From Prorocentrum cordatum (lineage: Eukaryota), in contig CAUYUJ010000115.1 of NCBI GenBank assembly GCA_963575745.1, forward strand, positions 248,001-312,000: DNA of 64,000 nucleotides, in the 5' to 3' direction. Both the position numbers and the translations under genes were made by a program. The notes under the pieces were generated by a model. The model was not told the origin of the DNA. It was given only the letters and a program-made list of their open reading frames with translations, and searched no databases. Below are positions 47,300 through 58,460 of this stretch, piece by piece. Numbering within the stretch: position 1 is the stretch's first letter; each line of letters starts with the position of its first letter.

Positions 47300-50200
47300 T
47301 GCTACCTGGTAGGAGGCCAGCACCTGATTGGGTGGGGCCATCGGGGCAAGCCCGGTTTCGCTGTCCCTGTGCTGTGACCAGACCTGTTGCAGGACGTCGA
47401 TAGGTCGCGGAGCTGCAGTGGGTCCGTTGGGGGCGTGGGGGCTGGTTCTAGGTCTCACCCTCCTGGTTCTCTCCCTTGTCCCTTGTTGGTCGGCGAATGT
47501 GCGCGTGCGTCCTCTTACCGCTCGCGTCTGCGCAGGCGCTTTGGACGGGTCATCCACATCGTCATCAGGGTTGGGAGGTTGCCTCTCGCGGCCCTCGAGG
47601 CCCTCGTCCCTGTTCTGTGCCTCGGCCTAGGTTCTTGCTGGCCTGTTTGCCGATTCCGTCTGCTACGGCTCCTGCTGTGCGCCCTCTCAGCGTCCCTCCT
47701 GGTCCCGCTGCTGTCTGGGTTCTCACTCTGCTCTGCGGGTTGCTGCTGCGGTTCGGTCCCTAGGGCACTTCTTGCTTGCGGTCGCTGCTGCCCCGGAGCG
47801 CATGCCCCTCTCTGCTGTGGGATCGGAAAGGATTATGTCCCAGACGCCTGCGGTGGCTCCGGGGAACTCCCCAGGGTAGGCCCCCCCCTGAGATTGGGCC
47901 AGGTGGGATCGACCGATCTCAGTCTGGTGGGGCCGGAGCCCGGGCTATTCCCAGAGGCCACAGTATTCCTTCTATTACCTCCGTGGTTAAAGTGGAAAAG
48001 GGGGCTGCGGGTCCTCCTGCGTCGAAGTTCCCGCCCACAGCTTCCTGCAGGCGCGCGCACGCGTCATCTGCCGAAAGGGCAGCATTCTTTGATGTAGTGC
48101 TCCTTCCTTCCATTAAGGCTCCCCGTGCCGGTTCGGGGGTGCCGTGCCCAATAGGCCTTGAATGGGGCGAAGAGCCTGTGCGCGACGCGTGCTCTTGTGA
48201 ATACTTGTCGCATTTGCTTTTCGAGTTGCACCGTACACGTGCCCCAGCAGATGGCGCTTAGAACGGTTCTCCACTTCGCCTCGTCATTGCACCCCAGCCC
48301 ACTCCACTGCGCTGGTGGGCCTAGGGTGCGGAGCGTCTCTTCGGTGGTGTCGAGGAGCCGTTCCCAGTGGCGTCTCATGCAGGAGGGCAAGTGAGTGCTC
48401 GGCCGGGGGGCGTCTCCTCTTCCCAGCGGGTCTCCGGGCGGGGAGCGCGCGACACTGTCTGGGGGTGGCCTCGCCGCACCCGTCTGTACCACCGGCGTCC
48501 TCTCGGCCCGTGTCTCGCCTGCTGGCTGGCGACCGTCGGGATTGCCCCCCATCCTTACGTCTGCCCGGTCGCTACTCTCTGCTTGCAGGTTAGGAGGTGA
48601 AGCCACCGTGCGCGAGCCTCTCGCGCGTTCTGGCTGGGGGGCCTGTCTCTGCGGAAGCGGCTCCCCTGAGCTAGCTTACGCTTGCCGCTCCTGTGGGGGT
48701 CTTGCTTCCGAGGGCGGGTCTGAGCGCGGGGGGGCCTGCGTTCGCTGGCTCTGCCCTCTCGTCTGCTCGGTCTCGCGGCGCCCTCCATCCGCCTCCTGCA
48801 TAAGCTCGTCTGCAGCGCCCCCACTTAGGGAGGCGTTAACGGAGGAACCTCCTGGGGACGCAGAGGATGTAGCATTGCCTTCTCTGTTGTCACCTTGCCG
48901 TCGTCTCGGACTGCCTGATGCCGTTTGGGAGTCCTGACTGCTGTGGCGCTCTGCTTGCGGTGACCCTGCTTGCGCGGCTTTCCCTGGGCTTAACTGTCGG
49001 CCCGGGGGGTCGCCGGGTGGGTTTTGCGGTCCCCGTGGCACGCTTCGACGCGACGCTTGTGGCTCGCTCCGTTCTGTGCGGTGTACTCCCTGTGCGTGGC
49101 CCTGCCTGGCCCGCGCACTCTGCACCCCCGGCTCACCCGCGAGGTTCGCGCTGCTGTCCCTATGAGTCCTTCGGGGCCTGGGGGCCCTCCCTGGGTCGCG
49201 CCGCAACCTGTATTCGCTGGCTGCCCTTCTGAGTCTCTCATCTAAGGCCTGGATGCCTTCTAGCGTGCCTCGCACCAACCTGCATGCAGCGTCGCTGTCA
49301 ACGCCTGCTCCCCGGCCCCCGGGGACCTCAAGCCAGGGGTGGTGGGCAGTATATGTGAGGTCTGGCTCAGGTGATAGCCGCTGCGCGAACGGGAATTGTC
49401 TGGGGACCTCTTCCTTTATGCCTAATTCCCTGATGAGTTGGTTTAGGTGATCTCTTTCCAGCGTAGCAGGGTCCGTTAGTTGAAGTATCCAGATGGCAGC
49501 GCATAGGTCCCAATTGTATCTTCTGATGGGTCTGCCTTCGCCCTGTCGCCGCTGTTCGAGTACCAGCCTGGTTTGAATACTTCTTGCCAGGTCGCGCGTG
49601 CTCTGCTCATCGATACACGCCTGGAACTTACCGAGCATGCCTTGTGCGCACGCGACTGCGTCGCTGTCTGCTCTGACCAGTGCGCCGTCTGCCCGGGCGC
49701 TTATACGCATCTTGTGCGCGAGCACTTCAGCCAGGGGGGGTATGTTCTTGGTCGGGCTGGGCCTGGTAGAGAGTCGACTGCCGCATGCCTTCTTGGGGGT
49801 ATTATCGATTCTCGAGGCTGGCTAGTGCTGATCCCCAGGTCTTGAGGCGTTGGTCTGGGCGTCGACGCAGCGCCCAGCTTCGCTAGGCGCACGGCCCCGC
49901 GCAGCAGCTGCATGGCTACTCTGATCAGCGGTCGGCCCGCCCCACGGCTGGCCGCTCTCAAGTCGGCGTCCGCTGGCAGGGCGATGGTGATCCACATGGG
50001 GGTGGAGGTGCAGAGGTGTCCGTCTTCTCCGCTAGCAGTGACCGACACAGCTCCGCCCGCCGCCTCCGCCGCTGAGAAGTGTTCCCCTGGGTGCAGTATG
50101 GTGCTATAGTCCCGCAGACCGCCCCTGCCTTCCACCGTCACTCGCCTTGTGGGGAGTTGCCCTTCACAGGCGCATTCCACCTCGTGGAGCCAATCCTCTG

Positions 50201-52056
50201 GGATGTCCGGGGGGGGGATTCTTACCATGCTGTCTCCTTGTCCTCTGGTCGTTCCCCCAGGGAGTGGCCATGCTCTGGTGCGCAAGCTGGCTCTGGCAGA
50301 GCCGATCGCTGCCGAGAACATCCGTAACCTGGTGTGGCTTGGAATCCAAGGGTCGGGGCGCATTGGCCGCGTTCTGGGGGGGCCAATCGGCCTTCCTTGC
50401 CGACCGAACGCCGTGACCTCCAGCATCTGCGGTTGCACCGCTCTCCTTGGGGCCTGTCGCACTGTTTGCTCTGCTACGGCCGCGATGTGCTCCGCTTGTG
50501 CCCTAGGTGATCCTGCGTCCCCCCTGCTTTGCTCTCCGGTGGGGGGGGGCTGGAAGTATCCTAACCACCTGCGAACCTACTGCGATGCAGCTTGTTCCGC
50601 AAAAGGCCGCATATATCTTGGTCGCCGCCCCAAGTCGGACTCTGACCTGCGTCATGTGTTGATAGTCCCCCGTGCCCGGAAACCAAGCGAAGACTGCCGT
50701 GACTTGCTCGACCGCCCCTGCCCCGACTGTAGCCTCCACGGCCCTTGTGATATCTTGCCTGCTGGTCTGCCCCAGGTCGGCGAGGTTCCATCTGAGGCGA
50801 TGGCCTTCCTCAGGGTCCGAAAGTCTGATGAATGAGGGGCCCCCGTCCCATTCTCCTTCCAGGAGGATCCTTCGAGGGCAGCGCGCGGGAGAGCCGCTTG
50901 CTGATCCAAAGACTAAGGGGAGCGTCTCCCTGAGATATCTCAGCATGGGGGTCGCTATTCTTTCAGGAGTCTTTAGTAGGAGGACCCCACCCCCCTTGAG
51001 GCCCGCTCTGTACCCTAGGGCTGCTGCTGCCTCAGCCGCGGTTGCCAGCGCAATGCAGGTGGCAGCTCTGGACACAGGGATGCGCACGGAGTCCGATGCT
51101 TCCCTGGATCTCCAGGCGCTTCCGCTGGTGCCCCCGGCTAAGGCAGTCTGCGTCGCTACCTGCAGGGCCTCCATGTGGGGGTCGCTCTGTGCCAAGCCCC
51201 GTGCCGCTCCATTGTGAGTGCGCCGAATCACGTGGTTATATAGCGGCTCCAGCCCCTCCCTCAGGAGGGTCTCTACCCTAGGCAGGGAGATTTTAGCGGT
51301 AGCCCACTCAACGTATACGGCCGCTCGTCCCAGGTCATCAGTGATTCGCCTCCATCTTAGAATCTGGGCCACCGCAGCGTCGTTTTTCTGCTCAGGCGTC
51401 AGTATGTGTAGCGCATCGCTGGTGCCCAGGTCCTCACCACCCCAATGCACCACCACTGAGGGCGGGCATGCTGTTCATTGGGGGTGGCTAGCGATGTCAA
51501 ACTGCGCCGCCACCAGCTGCAACAGGGGGGGGCTGCTGCGCCCAGCTATGATCGGGTTTCCTACGGGGAGCAGGTGTGTGATCATGTTGGTGGCTCTGTA
51601 TCCCCATTGCGCACTGGCGATGGCGATGAGCTCGGTTGGGTCCGGGCCCCCCGGGGTAGGGACTCCATGTCCCATCAGTGCCACGACCTTGCAGGAGCTC
51701 ATTCCTGAAGCTGCCGCAGCCAGTGTGGCCTGCAGCTGGGACGCGCTGGCGTCCGCCACGACGATGGTTGGCGCGCCTTGCCCCTCGTCCTGGACGCCCC
51801 TACTGCAGGCGAGTTCTTTGATCTGCTCGTAGGCGCTCGGGCTGAACAATGCTATGGTGGTGCCCGCATCGTCCGCATGTCTGTCTCCAACCAACGGGGT
51901 TCTTGCAATAACTAGTTCAGCTCTTAGCTCCCTGAGTGCTGCCATCAGGAGGGGCGCTGGGAAGGTCCCCGGCCCTCTTCCACTGGAATATCCTGGGGGA
52001 TGCCTGGCAAGGATGGCAGCCCATCTGCCCTGTGTAATGCTTGGGGTTGCGTTCAT
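47300..52056 (-). pseudogene. ORF1-like / unknown region of the element (fragmented ORFs)
   Basis: ORFs 51475-52056 and 50503-51456 share a frame and are separated by one TGA. Further protein-like fragments lie at 49701-50462, 48676-49725 and 48064-48606. No family recognised. Confidence 0.5.
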
Positions 52057-53825
52057 CCTTTCGTGCTGTCTGGGTCGTAATCCATATCATCATCCACGTC
52101 CATGTCGTCAGGTTGCGCTGCGGGCCTCCTGCTGTCTTCAACGTGTTCCTGCATTCTCTGCACGTCCCTGACCGTGACGTATGCGTCGGGCCTCCGTATC
52201 GTCAATAAGTCCTCTCTCAGGTAGTCCAGATCCGTTGCTCTTGCATTTGTCGCAGCTGCTAGCTCCCCATATGTGATGTGAGGGCTGATTGGGGTTAGGA
52301 CCCCGCCCCTCAGCTGCAGCGTTGCCTGCGTCTCTCTGGGGGGAGGGTGTCCTGGGAGCAGCGCGGCTATGCTGCCTCTGCCATTTGCTCTGCAATAGGG
52401 GCAGCGGGCTGGCATGGCATTGTCTCCTCCTCTGAAGACCCCTGGCTGACTCAGTCTCCATTGTTCCAAGCATTCTTTATGGAACCTATGCCCGCACAGG
52501 CCAAGAACTTCCACCACCCCTCGGAGCCCCCCAGCGCAGATGGTGCATGTCTGTTCACCTTCCCCGGTGCCCCATGCCGGGATGCGATCTGGCTGGCCTG
52601 CCTGGAGGGCACCCTCTGCGTCGCACGGTGGATCAGCCGCACAGGCAATGGCCGAATAAAAACTCCCCGTGAGGATCCGTGTTGTAGCGCGTGCTTCTTC
52701 TTCTGTTAAGCACGCCTGAAGCGAAGTAGTTTTGAGAAGGAGACATATCAGATGGTTCCCGAAGGGGGGGTAGGCAGTGGGGGGCTGTCCCCCCCTTTCT
52801 TCCAATAGGCGCCTAATGTCATTTGGGGCATGCACGTCAGCGACTTGCAGCCATCTGGCGAGGACTTCGAAGGGCAGGTTGTCTACGCCTCGTACCTGGA
52901 GCACCGGTCTCAATAGGGGGCCGTAGTGGGGCGAGAAGCAGAGCCACATGGCTCTCGATATCCAGCTCGCCGGGCCCAGTCGAGTGCTGGTTTCTCTGAG
53001 CAATCCTTCTGCCAATGTCTGGGCCTCTGACCCGTTGAGGGAGGTGCGGTCCACATTATGTTGCCTGGTTCTGCCCGCCGCTTCGTCGTCTCTCTGCGTG
53101 GCGTCGAGCGTCCGTATCAAGGCGTCCAGGGTTCCTCCCCTACTGAATACCTGTGCGGCACCCCTGCCGCTGTCGCTGGTGTGTCCCCCAGGCTGCTGTC
53201 TGGTGCTCTCATGCCACGGGGTGGTGGTGCTTTGTGCCCTTCCTAGTGCGGGGGAGGTGGGCCGCTGTCTACCTGCTGCGCCGTCCCCGTACCCGCTGCT
53301 TCGGTCCTGGGTCCGAGCGTTACGCAATCGCGCGCCGCTTTCGACCGCTTGTCTGTCTGCTGCCAGCACCGCCTCCTGGAGTTGCCCGCGGGGGTCAAGC
53401 CACCGCATCATGCTTTCCTGCAGCGGGGGATCGATGTAACCACCCAGAAGGGGGGATGCGACTGTCCTTCCGATTTCTGTCGTCAGGCTGGCTGCCGCTA
53501 GTCCGAGCCTGCGGCGTGCCCCCCCCCAGGGTAGCGACTCCCACCTGCTGCCATCTTTCGCCAGCCCGCCTCGCCAGGGAGCTGGGGATCCCCGTGGCTT
53601 CAAACGCATACTCGAGTGTGGCCCTTCCTTCTTCTGTCGCTGTCCCCCATATGAAGAGTACCACCAGTCGACTCCATGCCATGTTTGGTGGAATGTTGTC
53701 GCTCGCAACCTGGGTGCGGATGTCCTGGATTTCTTCCAGCACTCTCCTGGCGGTTCCTTCACTTCTGCGGGGTGGGAACGCTGTCGGACTTGGCGCTGGG
53801 GTGCTCGTGGCGCGTGCGTCGCCAC
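52053..53825 (-). CDS. RING-H2 finger protein (putative E3 ubiquitin ligase) within the element
   Basis: CTIC...LCGHRFHKECLEQW...CPYCR (C3H2C3, ~52391-52548) and an acidic C-terminal tail. Confidence 0.75.
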   Translation of the reverse strand: MATHAPRAPQRQVRQRSHPAEVKEPPGECWKKSRTSAPRLRATTFHQTWHGVDWWYSSYGGQRQKKEGPHSSMRLKPRGSPAPWRGGLAKDGSRWESLPWGGARRRLGLAAASLTTEIGRTVASPLLGGYIDPPLQESMMRWLDPRGQLQEAVLAADRQAVESGARLRNARTQDRSSGYGDGAAGRQRPTSPALGRAQSTTTPWHESTRQQPGGHTSDSGRGAAQVFSRGGTLDALIRTLDATQRDDEAAGRTRQHNVDRTSLNGSEAQTLAEGLLRETSTRLGPASWISRAMWLCFSPHYGPLLRPVLQVRGVDNLPFEVLARWLQVADVHAPNDIRRLLEERGGQPPTAYPPFGNHLICLLLKTTSLQACLTEEEARATTRILTGSFYSAIACAADPPCDAEGALQAGQPDRIPAWGTGEGEQTCTICAGGLRGVVEVLGLCGHRFHKECLEQWRLSQPGVFRGGDNAMPARCPYCRANGRGSIAALLPGHPPPRETQATLQLRGGVLTPISPHITYGELAAATNARATDLDYLREDLLTIRRPDAYVTVRDVQRMQEHVEDSRRPAAQPDDMDVDDDMDYDPDSTKG

Positions 53826-56800
53826 CCCTTCTTACGTTGCCCTGTTGGCGTTCATCTCGGGCTACCGGGGCCCCGATTCCTCTCGCTCTCGCCCGCAGGG
53901 CTATCGCCATTCGCAGAACCTCCCCGCGCGGGGGTCCCGGGACCAGGCTGTATGCTATTAATCTCCCGCTGCCTATGGCGGCCGCCACTACGGCTCTGCA
54001 CGCCACTTCCGTTGCTTCAATCGCTTCGGGGCTTATGTCCGTCGCCCACGTCCTGTCTGCCGGAGCGATGGCGAGGGCCTGGTCGACGAACGCACCTCCG
54101 ATTTCTCTTCGGAGTCGATTCCGCGTCTCCGACCTGGAGGCCTTCGAAGCAGTGCTGGTACCTGGCCCTTGGGCCCCGTGTGCCCTGAGTCGGGCCTCTC
54201 GCTGCAGGGGGTTGTACCGGCATGTTGGCGGCGGGGGCGCTCAAGAGGCACCTCGGAGCCCAGTCGCGAAGCCGGCCGCCGAGGGGGCGTACGTTGTCGC
54301 ATGGTGTGCTGTGAGTGCGTCGTCGCCTCTATGGCCCATCCCGTCGGTGCACAGCAGAGCCTGGCCAAAGAGCCACCGCTGCCCAGAGCGCCGGCTCGCC
54401 CCATGGCCCTGGCGTGCCGGGCATTCGCCCTTCTGGCAGGCCAAGCCTCCCGAGGTTCTCCATTTCCGCCTCCGCCATGTGGCACCACGCTGCGATGGGG
54501 CTCGGATATCAGCCAAGACGGAGAGAAATTGGCGGTCTCTGACGGGTGACGCTCGTTGTCGATGTGGCTGGCGATGGGGGCGCAGCGGGCCCCCACCCTG
54601 GCCAGCTGGAACGTGAGCCTCGTGCCCAGCAGGTCCAGGGGGTGGCCGGGGGCTTCCAGCTCAGCGGTGGGGGAGCTGTCCGTGTCAGTGGTCCACGCTG
54701 ATCCTAGTCTGTGACACACGATGCAGCTGCTCGCGTCCTGCCTCATGCACCAGCATCCGCAGTTTCCACATCCACTCATGATCATTTGGGAGGTGCTGTT
54801 GGCGGGCCACGGTCCTGTCGGGCTGTCGCCTTCAAATTCTCTGGGCCCCACTATGCCAGGGGGTTGTGGTTCAGCGCTGTGAATAGCTGGTATAACCCAC
54901 CCGTCGCGGCCTAGGCCTTGTCGCGGTGTTGAGAGGACATCTGTACCGGCCTCGACCCAGCGCCCTCTGCTGATGGCCCAACGTCGGACTTCGCTGTGGT
55001 CCGGAAAGTGCACGGAGTTGTGGCAGTGCTCGTGGACTAAATGCTCGCAGATCCTGGCCTTTTTCGCTCCAAGTTCGTGTCAGTAGGTCCATTGTCCGCC
55101 GCGTCGGGCGCAGGGTCGCGCCGCCACCTGGACATGCCTAGGAGGGTTGGGAGGAAGATCTGGTCCGTAGGTTCGCACATCCCTATGTCCACGTAGAGGG
55201 CAGCGTGGTATAGATTGTCATATTCTGCTTCCGCCGCTAGGGTTTCCTCCTGCGTAGGCATATGAACATCTTGCATGTCGCCCCGGATGTCCGGGTCTTG
55301 TGCGAGACTGGCATAGCGCAACGCAAGCACCTGAACAGGGTCTGGCCCGATTCCACCCAGCCTAGCCTCGTGATCGGAGCCCGTGATGGACCACACCAGC
55401 CACGTAAGGTCTAGGTGAGCCATGGCTGTCGCGACGCTGCGGATGTTCCCTGCGCCCCTCCGTTCCGTTTGGCCCCTGTCGGGCCGGTTTTCTCCACCTG
55501 CCGCTGGGGGGCCGGCATTTCCCGGGGGGGCCCGAGCCAGCACCGCCTTATCAGCCCGACCAATCCTTCTTTCATTACTTGACTGCGGGGGGAGACCCTG
55601 CGCATCCCCCATGGCCCACCCCTAGGCTAGCGTCGCAAGAGAAGGGCTGAGAGGGGGCCTCCCCCCATGGTATTCCTAGGGTCCATCACTGCGGGGGCCT
55701 GGCAGGGAGCGTCGACATTACGAGACACCTCCCCTCCCGGAGACGGGGGGGGCCCAGACTGGGGGCCTTGTCTCCCTTGTTCGCGATAGTCCTCTCCTCC
55801 TGCGGGGCTGCGCGCCCTTGCCCTTGCACCTCGGGATGACCAGATGCGCGGCGGGGGGGAGGTTGGGCTGTGCCGACCCCAAGCGTCCGAGTCCGAGGTG
55901 CTTTCATCGTCGGCACCCCAGTCGTGTGCCTCCTCGAACGGGAGCCTGTCGTCTTGCTCGTCTTCTCCTGGGTTCGACTCTCTTCCCGAGTCTGCCCCTG
56001 CCCTGTCACCATGGCCGCGTTCAGCTTCGTGCCGCCCCCCCCCGTCTGCGCTGCCTCCCGTCGGGTTAAAGGGCACGGTGGGGGTTATCTCGAGGTCGTC
56101 CCCCGAGTCAGGCACTGGGATGGCCGCAGCTCGCTCCACAGCCGCTTCGTCTCGGGGGAGCCAAGCTGTGAAGGCTGTGGGGGAGGGCAGTGTCCCTCCC
56201 CTCCGCGTAGCTCCAATATAAGTGGCATCGCCCACCGTTGCTACCTCGGGGAGCACGGGCGCGTGCGCCTCGGCATCACAAGGGGGTCTATGTGCCGTGG
56301 CCAGGCCATTCATCGTCTTGCGGGGGGGAGCGGGAGGGGAGGTGCAGCCGATAGCCGCTGGATCTGATAAGTCGCACGCCACGGGAGGATGAGAGTGGGG
56401 GGAAGTGTGGCCGATAGCCACGTTAACTGGTGAAGTTGGAGGAGGAGGAAGGGAGGCGCGGCCGATAGCCGCTGGATCTGATGAAATGCACGGAGATGGG
56501 GGGTCACCGTCGGGGAGCGCTGGTTCTCTACTCGCCGCATCTCTGTCCTGGGGCTGTGGGAGGGCCGTCTCCGTTCTTGACGGTACTCCCCCAGTGCTGG
56601 ACACTCCGTCGCCCGAACTCTGGTCGACCTGCCGCACTCCAGGTGGCGCGGCACTTGAATCCTGCCACTCGGGGGGATGAGAAGAGGAGGAGGTGCGGCC
56701 GATAGCCACGGTTACTGTTGGATGAGAGAGGGGGAGCATTGACGCCTCGGTCCGCGCCGTCCTGTGGAGGGTCAGTGTCCACCCTGGCTGGGGGGGAGGC

Positions 56801-57190
56801 TCTGTCTACTGGGCAAGCTCCCAGAGCTGCCTCCCGAGCCTGCTCCCCATCCCTATTTCCGACCGTTGTGGGCCGAGGTGTGTCCTCTGCTTGCGCCCAC
56901 TGTGGCTCGTCCGCTCCACTGCGAGGAGAGGCGGGAGGTGGAGGGGGGAATGGAATGCGCTCAGGGTTCCTCTCAGGGACATGTCCCTCCACCAGCAACT
57001 GTAAGTTCTCTTCCCCCTCGCGCCTCGGGGGTGGTCTTGGATCTGTGCTCAGTGCTGGCTCGTCCTCGCGTATCGGCGCAGGTTGCACACTCTGCGGGGG
57101 AGATGTCTCCATTGGAACCAGTACACAGTCTCCCGTGCCGCGCACTGCTGGATCATCATCTCCAAGTATACCCTGGTGCGGATCAGCCAT
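53395..57190 (-). pseudogene. 5' ORF fragments of the element: Pro-rich repeats and Cys/His finger-like motifs
   Basis: DPAAIG/VAIG repeats (55627-56739), ICEHLVHEHC (~55020-55050), CGNCGCWC...CIVCH (~54710-54775). Confidence 0.45.
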
Positions 57191-57303
57191 CGCCTGCGTC
57201 GCCTACTGGGGGGAAAGCGGCCCTGGGCTGGAGGGTAAACGGCGTCCTGGCGCCCCCTTGAGCGGTGGGAGGTTGCCCCGAGGGGAGCAGGCCCACCAGA
57301 CGG

Positions 57304-57333
57304 CTTGAGCAAGGGCTTGAGCCGGGCTGCGGA
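57304..57333 (-). other. Tandem degenerate spliced-leader relics at the 5' end of the LINE
   Basis: The minus strand reads TCCGCAGCCCGGCTCAAG-CCCTTGCTCAAG, compared with DinoSL DCCGTAGCCATTTTGGCTCAAG. It abuts the TSD. Confidence 0.6.
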
Positions 57334-57364
57334 CGCTGGTGGGGATACGCGAAGCGTTTATAAT

Positions 57365-57600
57365 TTGAGTGAGTCTGAATAAGTGTGTGATGAGTCGGAG
57401 TCTGAGTCTGAGTGGGTCTGAAAACGAGTGAGTCTGGCTACGAGTGGGCTTGAGGGTGGGTGGGTCTAAGTGTGAGCATATGAATATATGCGTGCGTTAA
57501 CCTGAGTGTGAGTGAGTCTGAGTATGAGCATGATAGTACGAATCGGAATATGAGCGAGTCTGAGCACGAGTGAGTCTGAGCACAAATGATTCTGAGCCAT
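57365..57600. repeat. Degenerate (GAGTCT/GAGTG)n satellite, right part
   Basis: Continues the satellite at 29640-29890. Confidence 0.75.
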
Positions 57601-57749
57601 CCTCGCCCACTGGGACCCTTGGGGTGTTGAAAATCACTCGAGGTATCCTTTTAAAATATCTGAACGCAGACCAATCTGGCCACCAAGAAACAAGCAGACC
57701 ACTCGAGCCATCCTCAAGAGCTGGCCCCCCTGGGGTGTGAAAACCAGCG

Positions 57750-58143
57750 TCTGCTCCGAAAGCGGAGGATGTTGCGCTAGCAAACCGGCAAACCGCTCGA
57801 GACATTCCCGCCATTTTGACGCGAACGGAGGAGTGAGATACCCCTCTGACGGCTCCCCCCTGTGAGCGCCTCGCTCGAGACATCCTCAACATCTGCTCCG
57901 AAAGCGGAGGATGTTGCGCTGGCAAACAGGCAAACCGCTCGAGACATCCCCGCCATTTTGACGCGAATGGAGGACTGAGGTACCCCTCTGACGGCTCCCC
58001 CCTGTGGGCGCCTCGCTCGAGACATCCTCATTATCTGCTCCGAAAGCGGAGGATGTTGCGCTGGCAAACAGGCAAACCGCTCGAGACATCCCCGCCATTT
58101 TGGCGCGAACGGAGGAGTGAGATACCCCCCCTGCGGCTCCCCC
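57750..58143. repeat. 142-bp tandem repeat, ~2.8 copies
   Basis: TCTGCTCCGAAAGCGGAGGATGTTGCGCT... starts at 57750, 57892 and 58034. Confidence 0.9.
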
Positions 58144-58285
58144 TTGGGGGTGCTTAAACCCGCGCCTCTCTCTCTAGACATTCTCAGACTTCGCTCCGTC
58201 ATCATCGTCATCACCATCAGCATCAACATCAACCTCATCAGCATCATCAGTATCATCATCACCATCACCATTACCATCATAGAAC

Positions 58286-58460
58286 AGCATGACATGACAT
58301 ACCATGGCATTACATAACATACCATGTCATATCATAGCATACCATAGCATAGCAGACCCGATCATAGCATACCATAGCATACCTTACCATAACATAGCAT
58401 ACAATACCGTAGCATAACATGCCATACCATACTATGTCTCACCATAACATAGAATAATAT
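58286..58460. repeat. Degenerate pentamer (CATAN)n repeat
   Basis: CATAG/CATAC/CATAA units. Confidence 0.8.

Larger units (their letters stand above)
30957..57334 (-). mobile_element. Giant (~26.4 kb) non-LTR retrotransposon with DNMT, RING, RNase H and SF1-helicase cargo; decayed copy
   Basis: Co-oriented minus-strand ORFs over ~25 kb with no long microsatellite tracts; APE + RT + CCHC + RNase H core; TSD GCTGGTGGGG(G)ATA at 30943-30956 and 57335-57347; SL relics at the 5' end. Confidence 0.85.

Noticed and set aside
33455..57308. Numerous long plus-strand ORFs across the LINE (e.g. 53153-54616, 39546-40445)
   Set aside because: Antisense shadows expected in high-GC coding DNA; no recognisable motifs.
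30957..57334. LTR, DIRS or endogenous-virus identity for the large element
   Set aside because: No LTRs, integrase, tyrosine recombinase or capsid motifs seen; the APE + domain-0 RT + CCHC core and the TSD are non-LTR hallmarks.
57750..58143. Possible CRISPR array
   Set aside because: The units are contiguous 142-bp repeats with no unique spacers; no cas genes; eukaryotic context.
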